DNA from: Candidatus Anstonellales archaeon
GTDB lineage: Archaea; Micrarchaeota; Micrarchaeia; Anstonellales; CG1-02-47-40
NCBI GenBank assembly: GCA_038869735.1
Contig: JAWCQO010000004.1
Span: 12,455 to 76,454 of the forward strand
Direction of reading: 5' to 3'
Length of the DNA: 64,000 nucleotides
The notes below the pieces were generated by a model, which had not been told where the DNA came from, did no database searches, and saw only the letters and a program-made list of their open reading frames with translations. Shown one piece after another: positions 46,674 to 59,901 of this stretch. Numbering within the stretch: position 1 is the first letter of the stretch; each line of letters starts with the position of its first letter. The translations under genes were made by a program, and so were the position numbers.

Positions 46674-47900
46674 CTATCTCAGAAGCTGAGGAGCAAAGAG
46701 GAGGACAAGTCCGAGAATAAGCAACAATAAGCCGCCGATTATCTTACAATAGCCTGCATACTTTTCACCGATATAAATCTTTGAGATTGCAAAAGTAGCT
46801 AAAGAGAAGATAATTAGATCATCCAACATATAGAAAATGTCATAGAGGAGAATGTATCCGTAGTATTCTAAAAATGACAAGTTAGAAAGAGCGAGTATCT
46901 GGGTAAAAACAGCAGGAATTGCAGATGAGCAGATAAATTCAATTGAATTTACCGTAAAGGCTAAACCAACTATTGCAATAATTGTAGCGGTACTAAGCGG
47001 AGATGACGCTATAGTCTCGATGATGCCAGCTTTTTCTTTTTTTTCAGAGGGGTCATCTACTTTGCAAGTAACTCGCCCCCCAACCTCAACATACTCCTTA
47101 ATACTTAATATCCCCCCGCCTACTGCAACTACTCCAACAATTACAGTAATTAACCGTACATAACCTAAAATAAGAAAGAAGTTAAGCCAAGCGGTCATAA
47201 AAAGAAAATAGAGTACTCCAGATGCAAGTAAAAAAGTCCCCACTATAAGCCAACTTTTTTTTGGTTCGTTTAATGTTGCAACGACTCCAATTAAATACAC
47301 TAAAACCCACATTGCACAAGGATTAAAACCATCTATTAATCCAAGGATTACTGCAAGCATGGGAAGCGAATAGCGCTTTAAATCTATTTTTCCAATGAGA
47401 GGAGCTTCTATTTCATAGGACCTTTCAGCCGCAGCCCCTCTTTCATATACCTCCTCAAATCTGGTAGAACTCCTATTTTCAAGTTTTTGCTTTATGCACT
47501 GTTCAATATACGCCCCAGTCGTTTCTCTGGACTCCCATCCAACAGAATAGCAGTCTCCTATTACTGTTGTTGGAGTGCCAATTCGGGGAATCTTTAATCT
47601 CTCAACCGTTTCGAGATAAATGGTTGCTTCTCTTTCAATTTCAACGTCGTGGTATACCCACTGGACTTGTGGATATCTCTTCATAAGCTCCTCGTTGAAT
47701 GGTTTTTGAGCAGAACAATGCGGACAGGTTGGAGAATAGAAAAAGTGAACTTCAAACAATGGCTTTTCTACTTTTACTGTCTCGTACTGGCTGGTAAAAT
47801 ACACCAGCGAACCTAATGCAATCAGAAAAACAACCAGAAATCTGTTAAAATCATCCGATAGAAAACTTTTAATGCTAAAAAATATACTACCTATCATCAA
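46674..47900 (-). CDS. Thioredoxin-fold domain fused to a CcdA/DsbD-type thiol-disulfide transporter membrane domain
   Basis: N-terminal TM, then thioredoxin CxxC (FFYSPTCPHCSAQ). C-terminal 6-TM domain with LGLIDGFNPCAMWVL and a second Cys (EFICSS), typical of the DsbD beta / CcdA core. Confidence 0.7.
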   Translation of the reverse strand: MMIGSIFFSIKSFLSDDFNRFLVVFLIALGSLVYFTSQYETVKVEKPLFEVHFFYSPTCPHCSAQKPFNEELMKRYPQVQWVYHDVEIEREATIYLETVERLKIPRIGTPTTVIGDCYSVGWESRETTGAYIEQCIKQKLENRSSTRFEEVYERGAAAERSYEIEAPLIGKIDLKRYSLPMLAVILGLIDGFNPCAMWVLVYLIGVVATLNEPKKSWLIVGTFLLASGVLYFLFMTAWLNFFLILGYVRLITVIVGVVAVGGGILSIKEYVEVGGRVTCKVDDPSEKKEKAGIIETIASSPLSTATIIAIVGLAFTVNSIEFICSSAIPAVFTQILALSNLSFLEYYGYILLYDIFYMLDDLIIFSLATFAISKIYIGEKYAGYCKIIGGLLLLILGLVLLFAPQLLR

Positions 47901-47927
47901 CTTACCTTCAAAATGGAAGGTTGTTAT

Positions 47928-48728
47928 TTACGTCTTTTTATTTATAAAGTTTGTTTCTTCTTTTTTGAGTAAAAATTTTCTAATTTTGTCATGAAGCTTC
48001 CTGTTGCTTGCAAGAATTGTTGTTTTTTTATTCATACCAATCTCTTCACGCCTAACCTCTTCTACTAATCCTCCAGCCTCTTTCACAAGCAATTTTCCTG
48101 CAGCAAAGTCTCCGGGTTTTAAGTTTTGATGAAAGCATGCATCTATAGCTCCCTTGGCTAAAAGCGCATACGTATAACAGGCAGCTCCAAATATTCGAAG
48201 TTGAAAAAAGTTTTTTGAAAACGAAGAAAGGCTTTCATTAGAGCTTTTAACGGCGTCTAGGTGTGAAATGTCATCAAGAACAAAAACTGCATCTTTTAGC
48301 GTTCTTATTTTCGAAACATGCAATTTTTTACCATTGAGATATGCTCCCTTGTTCGCTTCTGCATAATAAAGTTCATTTTCCAGAGGAAAAAGCATTCCTC
48401 CTGCAACAGGTACGGCCCCTTTATATAACGCGAGTGAAATACCCCAAATTGGTATGCTTCTAAAATAATTGTTAGTACCGTCAATTGGGTCTATATACCA
48501 GCAGTATTCTGACTTTCTCTTTATTCTAATTTTTTCCTCGCTCCAAATCGAGTGAGTAGGAAAGCTCTTTTTTATCATCCCGGCAATTATTCTTTCTGAC
48601 TCATAATCAGCCCGCGTTACGACTTCCTGGACACTCTTATAAGAAACCGACAACTTCTTTCTACAATATCTGTTTGCTATTACACCTGCTCTTTTTAGAG
48701 TATCAGTTATAAATTGTTCAAATCTCAT
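47928..48728 (-). CDS. suhB: Inositol monophosphatase / fructose-1,6-bisphosphatase family (SuhB-like)
   Basis: WYIDPIDGTNNY metal-binding motif, EE motif in SEEKI, and C-terminal WDxxAG-like DFAAG. Confidence 0.8.
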   Translation of the reverse strand: MRFEQFITDTLKRAGVIANRYCRKKLSVSYKSVQEVVTRADYESERIIAGMIKKSFPTHSIWSEEKIRIKRKSEYCWYIDPIDGTNNYFRSIPIWGISLALYKGAVPVAGGMLFPLENELYYAEANKGAYLNGKKLHVSKIRTLKDAVFVLDDISHLDAVKSSNESLSSFSKNFFQLRIFGAACYTYALLAKGAIDACFHQNLKPGDFAAGKLLVKEAGGLVEEVRREEIGMNKKTTILASNRKLHDKIRKFLLKKEETNFINKKT

Positions 48729-48789
48729 TTCTATCTTCCTGTCAATATGGTATTAACATTTAAATATTCTCTTGTGCATATAACTAATC

Positions 48790-49266
48790 ATGGAAAATAA
48801 AATAAGGATTGATGTAGGAAAAAAGCGTTTCTACATAGATAATGTTCTATCTATAAATAGCGAGCTAGTAACTTTATGTAGAGGTATAAGACTGCTTTCA
48901 GAGAGAGATACGGGAGCTACTGCTGCCAAACTTATGCGTTATATAATGGAAATAGGCCCAAGTAAGGAAATCGGTTGTTCTGAGCTTTCAAGAATCTCAG
49001 GACTTAATCGTATTACATGTATACACCATATGAAAAGATTAGAAAGCGCCGGCATAGTCAAAAAAAAGGATTCAAAATATCGCCTTCTATTCAATAGCTA
49101 CGAGGAAATTGTAGAACAACTGAGAGAAAAAATGCTTGATGAAATGGAAGAATTTCTAAAAATTGCTCGTGAGCTTGACTTTCACATTAAATCAAAGAGA
49201 AAGGAGAATTTTCGGACTTCATCATCAAGAAGCTCAGAGAAATGGGTTAAAATTGAGGTCCAATAA
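48790..49266 (+). CDS. Winged-helix (ArsR-like) transcriptional regulator upstream of the dnaK operon
   Basis: HTH segment ELSRISGLNRITCIHHMKRLESAGIVKK. AT box cattTAAATAttc lies about 30 nt upstream of the ATG. Confidence 0.45.
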   Translation: MENKIRIDVGKKRFYIDNVLSINSELVTLCRGIRLLSERDTGATAAKLMRYIMEIGPSKEIGCSELSRISGLNRITCIHHMKRLESAGIVKKKDSKYRLLFNSYEEIVEQLREKMLDEMEEFLKIARELDFHIKSKRKENFRTSSSRSSEKWVKIEVQ

Positions 49267-49305
49267 ACCTTCATTTCACCGAACGTTAATATCTGGGTTG
49301 GGATA

Positions 49306-49812
49306 ATGGTATCAGAAACCGAGATAAACCAAGTCCCTGAAAAAAAGGGAGAACAGAAATCCGAAGAAGAAAGCGGAAGAGATGAACCAGCTTTAGAGAA
49401 ACCAAGTCCCATTGATGAATTAAAAGATAAATATTTGCGACTAGCAGCTGAGTTTGACAACTATAAAAAAAGGATGGAAAAGGAAAAGACGGAGCTTTTG
49501 CGTAGAGGTGAAGAAAAGATGATTCTGTCCCTCTTACCGGTGTTAGACGATTTAGAGGCCGCTGTAGACTCTGTCGAGGACGAACAAGCAAAGAAGGGTA
49601 TACTCCTAATAAAAGAGAAAATCTTTTCTTTGATGGAACGAGAAGGACTAGAGAAGATCAACACTGATGGAACTTTTGATGAATCAATCCACGAAGCAGT
49701 ACTTTTGGAAAAAGGCAATGAAGATGGAAGAATAATTCGTGTTATCTCTCCTGGTTACAAGTTCAAAGGTAAGGTAATCAGATATGCGAAGGTTGTAGTC
49801 AGCAAAAAGTAA
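49306..49812 (+). CDS. grpE: Nucleotide exchange factor GrpE
   Basis: LRLAAEFDNYKKRMEKE and the C-terminal beta-domain VISPGYKFKGKVIRYAKV. Confidence 0.85.
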   Translation: MVSETEINQVPEKKGEQKSEEESGRDEPALEKPSPIDELKDKYLRLAAEFDNYKKRMEKEKTELLRRGEEKMILSLLPVLDDLEAAVDSVEDEQAKKGILLIKEKIFSLMEREGLEKINTDGTFDESIHEAVLLEKGNEDGRIIRVISPGYKFKGKVIRYAKVVVSKK

Positions 49813-49828
49813 TAGAGAGGTGAATTAA

Positions 49829-51706
49829 ATGGTAAGTGAAAAAATTATCGGTATAGATTTAGGAACTTCAAATTCAGCTGCTGCTGTCCTTGAAGGAGGG
49901 AAACCTACAATTATTCCTTCTGCTGAAGGAACAACTCAATATGGAAAATCTTTTCCTTCCTATGTTGCATTTACAAAGGATGGAAAAAGGCTTGTAGGAG
50001 AACCGGCAAGAAGACAGGCAGTTACCAATCCTGAGGGCACTATTTATGCTGCAAAACGAAAGATGGGAACAGACTACAAATACAAAATATTCGGTAAAGA
50101 GTACACGCCGCAAGAAATATCGGCGTTCATCTTGCAAAAGATAAAACAAGATGCCGAGTCTTTTCTTGGAACGAAAGTAGAAAAGGCAGTAATTACAGTT
50201 CCAGCGTACTTTGACGACAATCAAAGGCAAGCCACAAAAGATGCGGGACGAATTGCTGGTTTGGACGTCGTCAGAATAATAAATGAACCTACTGCAGCTT
50301 CTTTGGCTTATGGATTAGACAAGGGTGATAGAGAAGAAAAAATCCTAGTTTTCGACTTGGGTGGGGGAACACTAGATGTCACTATAATGGAATTTGGAAA
50401 CAAAGTTTTTGAAGTGAAAGCAACCTCAGGAGATACCCAACTTGGTGGAACAGATATGGACAATGCAATCGTAGATTATCTTGTTTCGGAATTTCGCAGG
50501 CAGACAGGAGTTGACTTAGCTTCCGATAAACAGGCGCTAGCTCGACTTCGCGAGGCAGCAGAAAAAGCAAAGATAGAGTTATCTTCTGTATACGAATCTA
50601 CAATCAATCTACCATTCTTGAGTGCAAACGCTTCAGGCCCTCTACACTTTACATATACCTTAACACGAGCAAAACTAGAGGAACTTGTTTACCCAATAAT
50701 AGAAAGATGCAGAAAACCCGTTGAACGTGCTTTAGCTGATGCAAAAATGAATAGTAGCGACATAACCAAAGTAATTTTGGTTGGTGGACCTACCAGAATG
50801 CCAATCGTCCAGGAATTTGTCAAAAAGGTTGTTGGTAGAATGCCCGAGCGAGGGGTCGATCCTATGGAGTGCGTTGCAATTGGAGCAGCAATCCAGGGCG
50901 GAGTTTTGGCAGGAGAAGTAAAAGACTTACTTTTGCTTGACGTTACTCCACTCTCACTCGGAATAGAGACTTTGGGAGGCGTGTTTACGAAACTTATTGA
51001 GCGAAATACCACTATTCCTACCAGAAAATCACAAATTTTTACAACTGCAGCAGATAATCAGACATCAGTGGAAATCCACGTTCTGCAAGGCGAGAGAGCA
51101 ATGGCTAAGGATAATATTGAGCTTGGAAGATTCTCTCTCATTGGGATACCTCCCGCGCCGCGTGGCGTTCCACAAATTGAGGTTACCTTCGATATTGATG
51201 TAAACGGTATATTGCATGTAAGTGCAAAAGATTTGGGAACAGGAAAAGAACAAAAGATCCAGATTACAGCGCCGCATAAAATGAGTGAAGAAGAAATCAA
51301 GAAAAAAATGGAGGAAGCAGAAAAATATGCTGATGTAGACAAAAGATTAAAAGAGGAAGCAGAATTGAAGAATGACGCAGAAGCTCTTCTTTACACAGCA
51401 GAAAAGACAATATCTGAATTTAAGGACAAAATAAAACCGGAAGAAGGAAAGAAGATCAGTGAAGCTATTGAGGACTTAAAAGACGCCTTAAAGTCAAATA
51501 ACGTTGAAAGGATAAAAGAAAAAAGAGAGAATCTTTCAAGGGAACTTAATAAAATAGGGACAAAAATATATCAAGAAGCATCAGCACACCGGGCGGAATC
51601 TGAAAAAAGTGAAGACAGAACAGAAAATGAGAGAAAAAGCAAAAAAGAAGATGAAAGGGTTGTTGATGCGGATTACGAAAAAGTTGATGATAAAAAAAGT
51701 GGTTGA
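49829..51706 (+). CDS. dnaK: Chaperone DnaK (Hsp70)
   Basis: [22 protein letters not shown], and the full NBD+SBD with an acidic C-terminus. Confidence 0.95.
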   Translation: MVSEKIIGIDLGTSNSAAAVLEGGKPTIIPSAEGTTQYGKSFPSYVAFTKDGKRLVGEPARRQAVTNPEGTIYAAKRKMGTDYKYKIFGKEYTPQEISAFILQKIKQDAESFLGTKVEKAVITVPAYFDDNQRQATKDAGRIAGLDVVRIINEPTAASLAYGLDKGDREEKILVFDLGGGTLDVTIMEFGNKVFEVKATSGDTQLGGTDMDNAIVDYLVSEFRRQTGVDLASDKQALARLREAAEKAKIELSSVYESTINLPFLSANASGPLHFTYTLTRAKLEELVYPIIERCRKPVERALADAKMNSSDITKVILVGGPTRMPIVQEFVKKVVGRMPERGVDPMECVAIGAAIQGGVLAGEVKDLLLLDVTPLSLGIETLGGVFTKLIERNTTIPTRKSQIFTTAADNQTSVEIHVLQGERAMAKDNIELGRFSLIGIPPAPRGVPQIEVTFDIDVNGILHVSAKDLGTGKEQKIQITAPHKMSEEEIKKKMEEAEKYADVDKRLKEEAELKNDAEALLYTAEKTISEFKDKIKPEEGKKISEAIEDLKDALKSNNVERIKEKRENLSRELNKIGTKIYQEASAHRAESEKSEDRTENERKSKKEDERVVDADYEKVDDKKSG

Positions 51707-51724
51707 GCAGGACGGCCTGAGTGA

Positions 51725-52843
51725 ATGTCATCTGTCAAGCGCGACTATTACGAGGTTTTGGGTATTCCCAAAAATGCCTCAAAAGAGGATATAAAAAAAG
51801 CCTACAGGAAACTTGCACTTGAATATCATCCAGATAGGAATAAGTCGCCTGATGCTGAAGAAAAGTTTAAGGAGATATCGGAAGCATATGCCGTATTATC
51901 TGATGACCACAAGAGAGCGGTATACGACCAGTATGGCCATGCTGGCTTTGACCAGCGTTTCTCACAGGAGGACATATTTAGAGGAGTTGATTTTGAGGAG
52001 ATATTTAGAGAGTTTGGATTTGGGAGAGGGTTTGACGACATTTTCTCCTCCTTTTTTGGAAGTCAAGGGAGAAAAAGAAGAGCGGATATCGGCGCTGATT
52101 TACAATACGACCTAGAAATAACGCTGGAGGAAGCAGCACAGGGTGTTAAGAAAAAGATATCATTTTCCAGGTCAACCCTCTGTTCTTACTGTGAGGGCAG
52201 CGGTGCGAGAACAAAAAGGGATATTCTAGATTGCAGCTCCTGTGGTGGGAAGGGCTATGTACAAAGCTTTAGGCAGATTGGTCCTTTTGGAAATATTGTA
52301 ACCACAACAACTTGTCAAAGATGCAGAGGTGAAGGAAGGGAAGTAACCTTTCCGTGCCAAAAATGCAACGGGAGAGGTACTCTGAAAAAAGATGAAGATC
52401 TGGAAGTATCAATTCCTAAGGGAATCGAAAGTGGGACACACCTTCGGCTGAGTAGGTTAGGCGAATTTGGAAAGGATGGGTATGGTGATCTCTACATTAC
52501 GGTCTATATAAAAGAGCATCCACTATTTAAGCGAGAAGGGAAGGACCTATATATGGATATACCAATCTCTTTCGCTCAGGCAGGACTGGGTGATATTATC
52601 CAAGTCCCGACGATCGGAGGCGGGAAGATGAAACTAAAAATCCCTCCGGGGACTCAGACCCATACTTTCTTTAGAATTAAAGGTGAAGGCATGCCTGAGT
52701 TAAAAGGAAACAGAAGAGGGGACTTATACGTAAGAGTTGTAGTCCAAACACCAACAAATCTAACTTCTGAAGAAAAGGAAGCTTTAAGAAAACTTGGAAG
52801 AGTGGAACCAAAGAAGAATTTCTTTGAAGCCATTTTTGGTTGA
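51725..52843 (+). CDS. dnaJ: Co-chaperone DnaJ (Hsp40, type I)
   Basis: J-domain with HPD (YHPDRN), G/F region, and four CxxCxGxG zinc-finger repeats. Confidence 0.95.
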   Translation: MSSVKRDYYEVLGIPKNASKEDIKKAYRKLALEYHPDRNKSPDAEEKFKEISEAYAVLSDDHKRAVYDQYGHAGFDQRFSQEDIFRGVDFEEIFREFGFGRGFDDIFSSFFGSQGRKRRADIGADLQYDLEITLEEAAQGVKKKISFSRSTLCSYCEGSGARTKRDILDCSSCGGKGYVQSFRQIGPFGNIVTTTTCQRCRGEGREVTFPCQKCNGRGTLKKDEDLEVSIPKGIESGTHLRLSRLGEFGKDGYGDLYITVYIKEHPLFKREGKDLYMDIPISFAQAGLGDIIQVPTIGGGKMKLKIPPGTQTHTFFRIKGEGMPELKGNRRGDLYVRVVVQTPTNLTSEEKEALRKLGRVEPKKNFFEAIFG

Positions 52844-52851
52844 TGATTTAA

Positions 52852-53727
52852 TTGATAAATAAAAACAGAGAGTATTATTCAAAAAAAGGGAAGAAGATTT
52901 ATGCGGATTTCCTAACCTTTGCGAGTTCCGATACGGCTATTGCAAAATGCACTGCAAAACATTTTTTGCAGAGTTTCAAAGCAAAGACAAAAAAATATTC
53001 AATAGCAGAATTTGGTGTTGGGAATGGAAATTTTGCATATCAGTTTTTGGATTATATTACCAAAAAGAGAGCAGACCTTGACATTTCATATTCCCTTTTT
53101 GACTTTTCTAAACAAATGTTAAAAGATGCACAAAAAAGGCTCCTTAGATTTAAAAAATTGTGTAATCTCATAGTTTTTGATGCCGAAAGGGATAAGCTAG
53201 AAAATTTCAAATTTGATTTTGTTGTAATGAACGAACTAATTTCCGATTTAAAAGTAGAGCTTCATTCCAAAAATTGTTTACCTCGAGATAGAAAAAAAAG
53301 AGAGATAGTCCTGAAGTTTCTTGATCGACTAGAAGATAACCGTAAAATACCATTTAATTTTAAAGCCTGTAATTTTTTGACCAATATTTTTGCAAATTTA
53401 AATTCAAATGGGTTCATCCACGTATTTGATTATGGCTTTTATCATCGCTCCGATATCTTAGATTGCGATATCGATATATGGAATTCATTTATTTGTAGGG
53501 AATACGGCCAGCAGATAACATGCGATGTCAATTTTCCTCTTCTGACTGCAATAATGAAGGCCCAGGGGGGGATATGTAAAATAGAGAAGCAACGCAGATT
53601 TATAGAAAGATTTATAGGTCATAACGTTAGAGTAAAAGAAAAAAAGGATGGGCTTTATTATATAAAATCTTATGACAATATTATTGAGGATGACGACTTT
53701 TATCATCTCCAAATAAAAAAACCATAG
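52852..53727 (+). CDS. Putative SAM-dependent methyltransferase (low confidence)
   Basis: EFGVGNGNF resembles methyltransferase motif I. Follows dnaJ by 8 nt. Confidence 0.35.
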   Translation: MINKNREYYSKKGKKIYADFLTFASSDTAIAKCTAKHFLQSFKAKTKKYSIAEFGVGNGNFAYQFLDYITKKRADLDISYSLFDFSKQMLKDAQKRLLRFKKLCNLIVFDAERDKLENFKFDFVVMNELISDLKVELHSKNCLPRDRKKREIVLKFLDRLEDNRKIPFNFKACNFLTNIFANLNSNGFIHVFDYGFYHRSDILDCDIDIWNSFICREYGQQITCDVNFPLLTAIMKAQGGICKIEKQRRFIERFIGHNVRVKEKKDGLYYIKSYDNIIEDDDFYHLQIKKP

Positions 53728-53757
53728 ATGCGTTGATGTCTTGATTGGTGTTACAAA

Positions 53758-54888
53758 ATGATCTCAAACTTTAGGATTCTTAAATTTCATACCTTCAATG
53801 TTATAGACTCTTTCTTAGTAGCAGCCTTTACTGTACTGGTGCCGCTTTCACTTAACGCAAGAAACATAGATCTCGTTTCGATAGGCTGGATAGTTGCATT
53901 ATTGCCTCTTATTTTTACAGTATCAAGAGTCATCTTTGCTTCAATTGCAGATGGAATCGGTACTAAACCATTTTTTATTTTCAATGCTGCAGCAGGCACG
54001 GTAGCCTCATTCTTGTATATGAATGCTACAAACATCGTATCTTATAGTGCAGGTCGAATTTTGGAAGGTCTCAGAGGAGGCGCCATTTGGGCAGTAAACC
54101 GACTCGAAGCGATGAAGCTTACCCAAGAGAAAAGGGTAGAAGATGAGTTTGCAAGACTCGCATCCACAAGGCTTTTTGCTTTTGGTGCAGGAACAATAAT
54201 ATCTGGATTCGTTGTTTTCTATATAGGTTTTGAGCTTACATTTATGTTTCTTGGTATCCTCTCGTTTATACTCTTTTTGTTAAGTTTTTCTCTAGGTACT
54301 AGCAGACTTTTCAGGGAAGATGTAAATAAAATTGTTGAAAGACTTGACTTGCGAAAAAAAAGTGCTAGACTATGGAAGATGGCTATCTATATGCTCCCGG
54401 CAATGCCCGCAACCTCACTTCCTTTAGGCTTTCTGCTACCACTTTACTTAAATAAAATGAACTTTAATTATAGCCAAATCGGAGTTTTGATTGGAGCTTA
54501 CTATTTAATTTCTTCTTTTGCTTTTCCTATTACAAAGAAAGCAGGATTACCCATAAAGCGATTAGCACTCTTATGCTTTGCTTTCTTTTCAGTTGGAGTA
54601 CTCTTACTTTCTTTTAAAAAAAGTATATGGCTTGGGGTCGGAATGATGGCTTTTGGTGATGGTCTAGGCTCCATTTTGTGGGAAAGATTTATAGTTAAAG
54701 GAACTTACCGATCAAAAACTGCTGCAACCGATGTTGGTCTTTTACATGTGCCTGCCCATCTTGCTACAACCTTTTTCCTTGCCGTTTCAGGTTATTTAGT
54801 CGAATCACTCGGTTTTATAAACAGTTTTTATATTTGTGCTCTACTTATGGGCATATACTGTTTTTTTGCTGCTAAAGAATTATACTAG
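53758..54888 (+). CDS. Polytopic membrane transporter, MFS-like (tentative)
   Basis: 376 aa with roughly 12 predicted helices in a 6+6 arrangement separated by a basic loop. Confidence 0.4.
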   Translation: MISNFRILKFHTFNVIDSFLVAAFTVLVPLSLNARNIDLVSIGWIVALLPLIFTVSRVIFASIADGIGTKPFFIFNAAAGTVASFLYMNATNIVSYSAGRILEGLRGGAIWAVNRLEAMKLTQEKRVEDEFARLASTRLFAFGAGTIISGFVVFYIGFELTFMFLGILSFILFLLSFSLGTSRLFREDVNKIVERLDLRKKSARLWKMAIYMLPAMPATSLPLGFLLPLYLNKMNFNYSQIGVLIGAYYLISSFAFPITKKAGLPIKRLALLCFAFFSVGVLLLSFKKSIWLGVGMMAFGDGLGSILWERFIVKGTYRSKTAATDVGLLHVPAHLATTFFLAVSGYLVESLGFINSFYICALLMGIYCFFAAKELY

Positions 54889-54900
54889 AAGGTATTCAGT

Positions 54901-55182
54901 ATGAGAGAACTTAGAAAGCTTACACGGTTTGAAAGGACGGTGTTGTTAGAATGCTTGAAGATACCGAAAGGTGAGGTTAGAACCTACATGGACATAGCCA
55001 AAAGTATCGGAAGAAATAAAGCATGCCGCGCTGTCGGAAATGCCTTATCTAAAAATCCCTTTCCCCTACTTATCCCCTGTCACCGCGTAATTAAATCTAA
55101 TGGCAAAGTTGGAGGGTACTTAGGAAAGAGTGATGAGACTCAAAAAAAGAGATTACTGAAAAAAGAGGGCTGGAGAGGATAA
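54901..55182 (+). CDS. ogt: Methylated-DNA-protein-cysteine methyltransferase DNA-binding/active-site domain (Ogt C-domain, standalone)
   Basis: PCHRVIKSNGKVGGY active-site box with the catalytic Cys retained. 93 aa, so only the C-terminal domain. Confidence 0.65.
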   Translation: MRELRKLTRFERTVLLECLKIPKGEVRTYMDIAKSIGRNKACRAVGNALSKNPFPLLIPCHRVIKSNGKVGGYLGKSDETQKKRLLKKEGWRG

Positions 55183-55195
55183 ATAATTTTAATTA

Positions 55196-57648
55196 TCAAA
55201 GCGTCTGATTCTGAAAAGAGTTATTTTTGCTGATTTCTGCTACTCCAACTACCTTTTCTCCTTCTTCCAAACGCATAATTCTTACACCTGCAGTATTTCT
55301 TCCAATTATTGGGATGTTAGAAACAGGAACTCGAATAACCTTCCCCCTTGAAGAGACAAGAATAATCTCATCTTCATCTGAAACTGTTCTTATATCTATG
55401 ACGTATCCGTTTCGTCCAGCTGTTTTGATATTAAATACCCCATAACCTCCTCGTTTTTGTAATCTATATTCTGAAACAAGTGTCCTTTTTCCATAACCAT
55501 TTTCTGTTACAGATAGGAGTGTTGGCTTGTCGTTTAATGCCATGCCGATTACTGCGTCATCTTTTTCAAGGCGTATTCCAATTACTCCCTGTCCTGTTCG
55601 CCCTATCTCCCTTATCTCATCTTCTACAAATCTTATTGCATAGCCCTTTTTTGTTCCAAGTATTATCTCAGCTTTTCCGTAAGTCTTTTTTGCTGATATT
55701 AGCTTATCCCCCTCTTTAAGGTTGATTGCTATTATCCCCCCTTTCCTTGGTTTGGAATAGTCCATTATATCGCTTCTTTTAACTATTCCTCTCTCTGTTA
55801 CCATAATAATATACTCGCCTTCCTTAAATTCTCGGACAGGCATACATGCAGTTGTTCTGTCATCCTCTATTTGAAGGAGGTTTACTATAGCACGCCCCAA
55901 AGAGTAACGGTTGCCTGAGGGTATTTTGTAAACCTTCAACCAGTGCACCATACCCTTTTTCGTAAAAAACAAAAGGTTGTCATGTGTTGATGCAATTATG
56001 ATATCCTTTACTATATCCTCCTCCTTCACTTCCACTCCAATTATCCCTTTCCCTCCCCGTTTCTGGAGTTTATACTCGGAGAGCGAAATTCGTTTGATGT
56101 AGTTCGAATTAGTTATTATTATTGCAACTTGTTCATCTGGAACAAGGTCTTCAATATCCAAATCGCCCTCAAACTCAACTATCTTAGTTCTTCGTACATC
56201 GCCATACTTTTTCTTCATATCTATTGATTCTTCTTTGACTATTTGTAAAATCTTTTTTTCATCTTCCAAAATTGAAGTCAACCAAGCTATGTTTTTCTGA
56301 AGTTCTAGATGCTCTTCAATAATTTTCTCATGTTCAAGTGAAGTGAGACGCGAAAGCTTCATTTCTAGTATTGCTTGAGCTTGTTTGTCGGAGAGATGAA
56401 ATTCTTTTTCAAGCAATTCCTTTGCTGATGTGGGGCTAGTTGATGACTTTATAATTTTGACAACTGAGTCTATATTCTCAATTGCCACTTTTAGTCCTTC
56501 CAATATATGTGTTCTTTCCTGAGCAGCTTTTAATTCAAAAGTAGACCTTTTTCTGATTACTTCTACACGATGAAGAATAAAACATTTGAGCATTTGCGGA
56601 ACTGAAAGCACTTCTGGTTTTCCATTTACCAAAGCAAGATTAATTGCTCCAAAAGTAGTTTCAAGAGAACTGTGAGCATAAAGATAGTTTAATACTATGC
56701 GAGGGTCAGCACTACGCTTTAACTCTATCTCGATACAAAGACCTTCTTTATCTGACCTGTCATATATACCTCCAATCCCCTCTATTTTCTTTTCGTTTAC
56801 TAGATTAGCTATCTCTTCTATAAGCTGAGCCTTTTGAATTTGATAAGGAATTTGAGTAATCTTGATTACACGCCTTCCATTTTTATCATCTTCAACTATG
56901 TCCGCCACTGCTCGTAATCGTATTAAACCTCTCCCAGTGGCAAATGAAGCTGCACAGCCGCCTCTTCCCAAAATTATTCCGCCTGTTGGAAAATCAGGTC
57001 CAGGTATAATCTGGATTAGTTCTTCGTTGGGTATATTAGGGTTGTCTATCAGTGCGCAGATTGCGTCTACAACCTCACACAGATTATATGGGGGAATGTT
57101 GGTAGCCATGCCGACAGCTATGCCCGAAGAACCGTTAATAAGAAGGTTAGGTATCTTTGCTGGAAGTACGGTTGGTTCTTTTAAGGTTGCATCAAAATTT
57201 GGCTGAAATAAGACTGTGTCTTTTTCTATGTCAGAAAGCATCTCCTCAGCTATTTTTGCCATTCTTGCTTCTGTATACCTCATTGCAGCCGCGTTATCGC
57301 CATCAATGCTTCCAAAGTTTCCTTGACCATCAATAAGTGGATATCTAAGATTGAAGTCTTGTGCCATACGAACTAAGGTTTCATATATCGCCACATCTCC
57401 ATGTGGATGGTATTTACCAAGAACTTCTCCTACAACGCGCGCTGATTTTTTATAGGGCTTATCATGAGTCATCCCGAGTTCATACATAGCATACAATATG
57501 CGCCTATGAACGGGTTTTAACCCATCTCTAATGTCAGGAAGAGCTCTACCCACGATTACGCTCATGGCATAATCCATATAAGACTCTTCCATTTCTTTTT
57601 CGATTGGGCGAACGCTAATTACATCTCCACTCATACCAATCCGACTCA

Positions 57649-57649
<1 letters not shown>
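55196..57649 (-). CDS. gyrA: DNA gyrase subunit A
   Basis: [27 protein letters not shown] with the active-site Tyr region, and the C-terminal beta-pinwheel repeats. Confidence 0.95.
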
Positions 57650-59580
<1,931 letters not shown>

Positions 59581-59901
59581 CTAATAATAGCTGTATGATT
59601 TTCAGATATATCATATCCCGTTTTTTTCTCCTGGTCGTTTTATCTCGTAAATCACTCAAAAATATTTCAAAGTTATAGTATATAAACTTACCTTTTTTCT
59701 TCAGTAATTTTAATGACCGCATCCCCCTAATGATGTTGTCTGAAAAGTTATAAAAACAGGTTATCCGGCCTTAAGCAAATATAACAGTGTACCGCCCGAA
59801 AAACAACAGAGGAGATGTTGGCGCCTGCCTTTTTCTTCTCCGTATCATTTATCTAAAAAGAGACTTAAGTATTTAAACAACAAATTAAACCAATCTAACG
59901 C

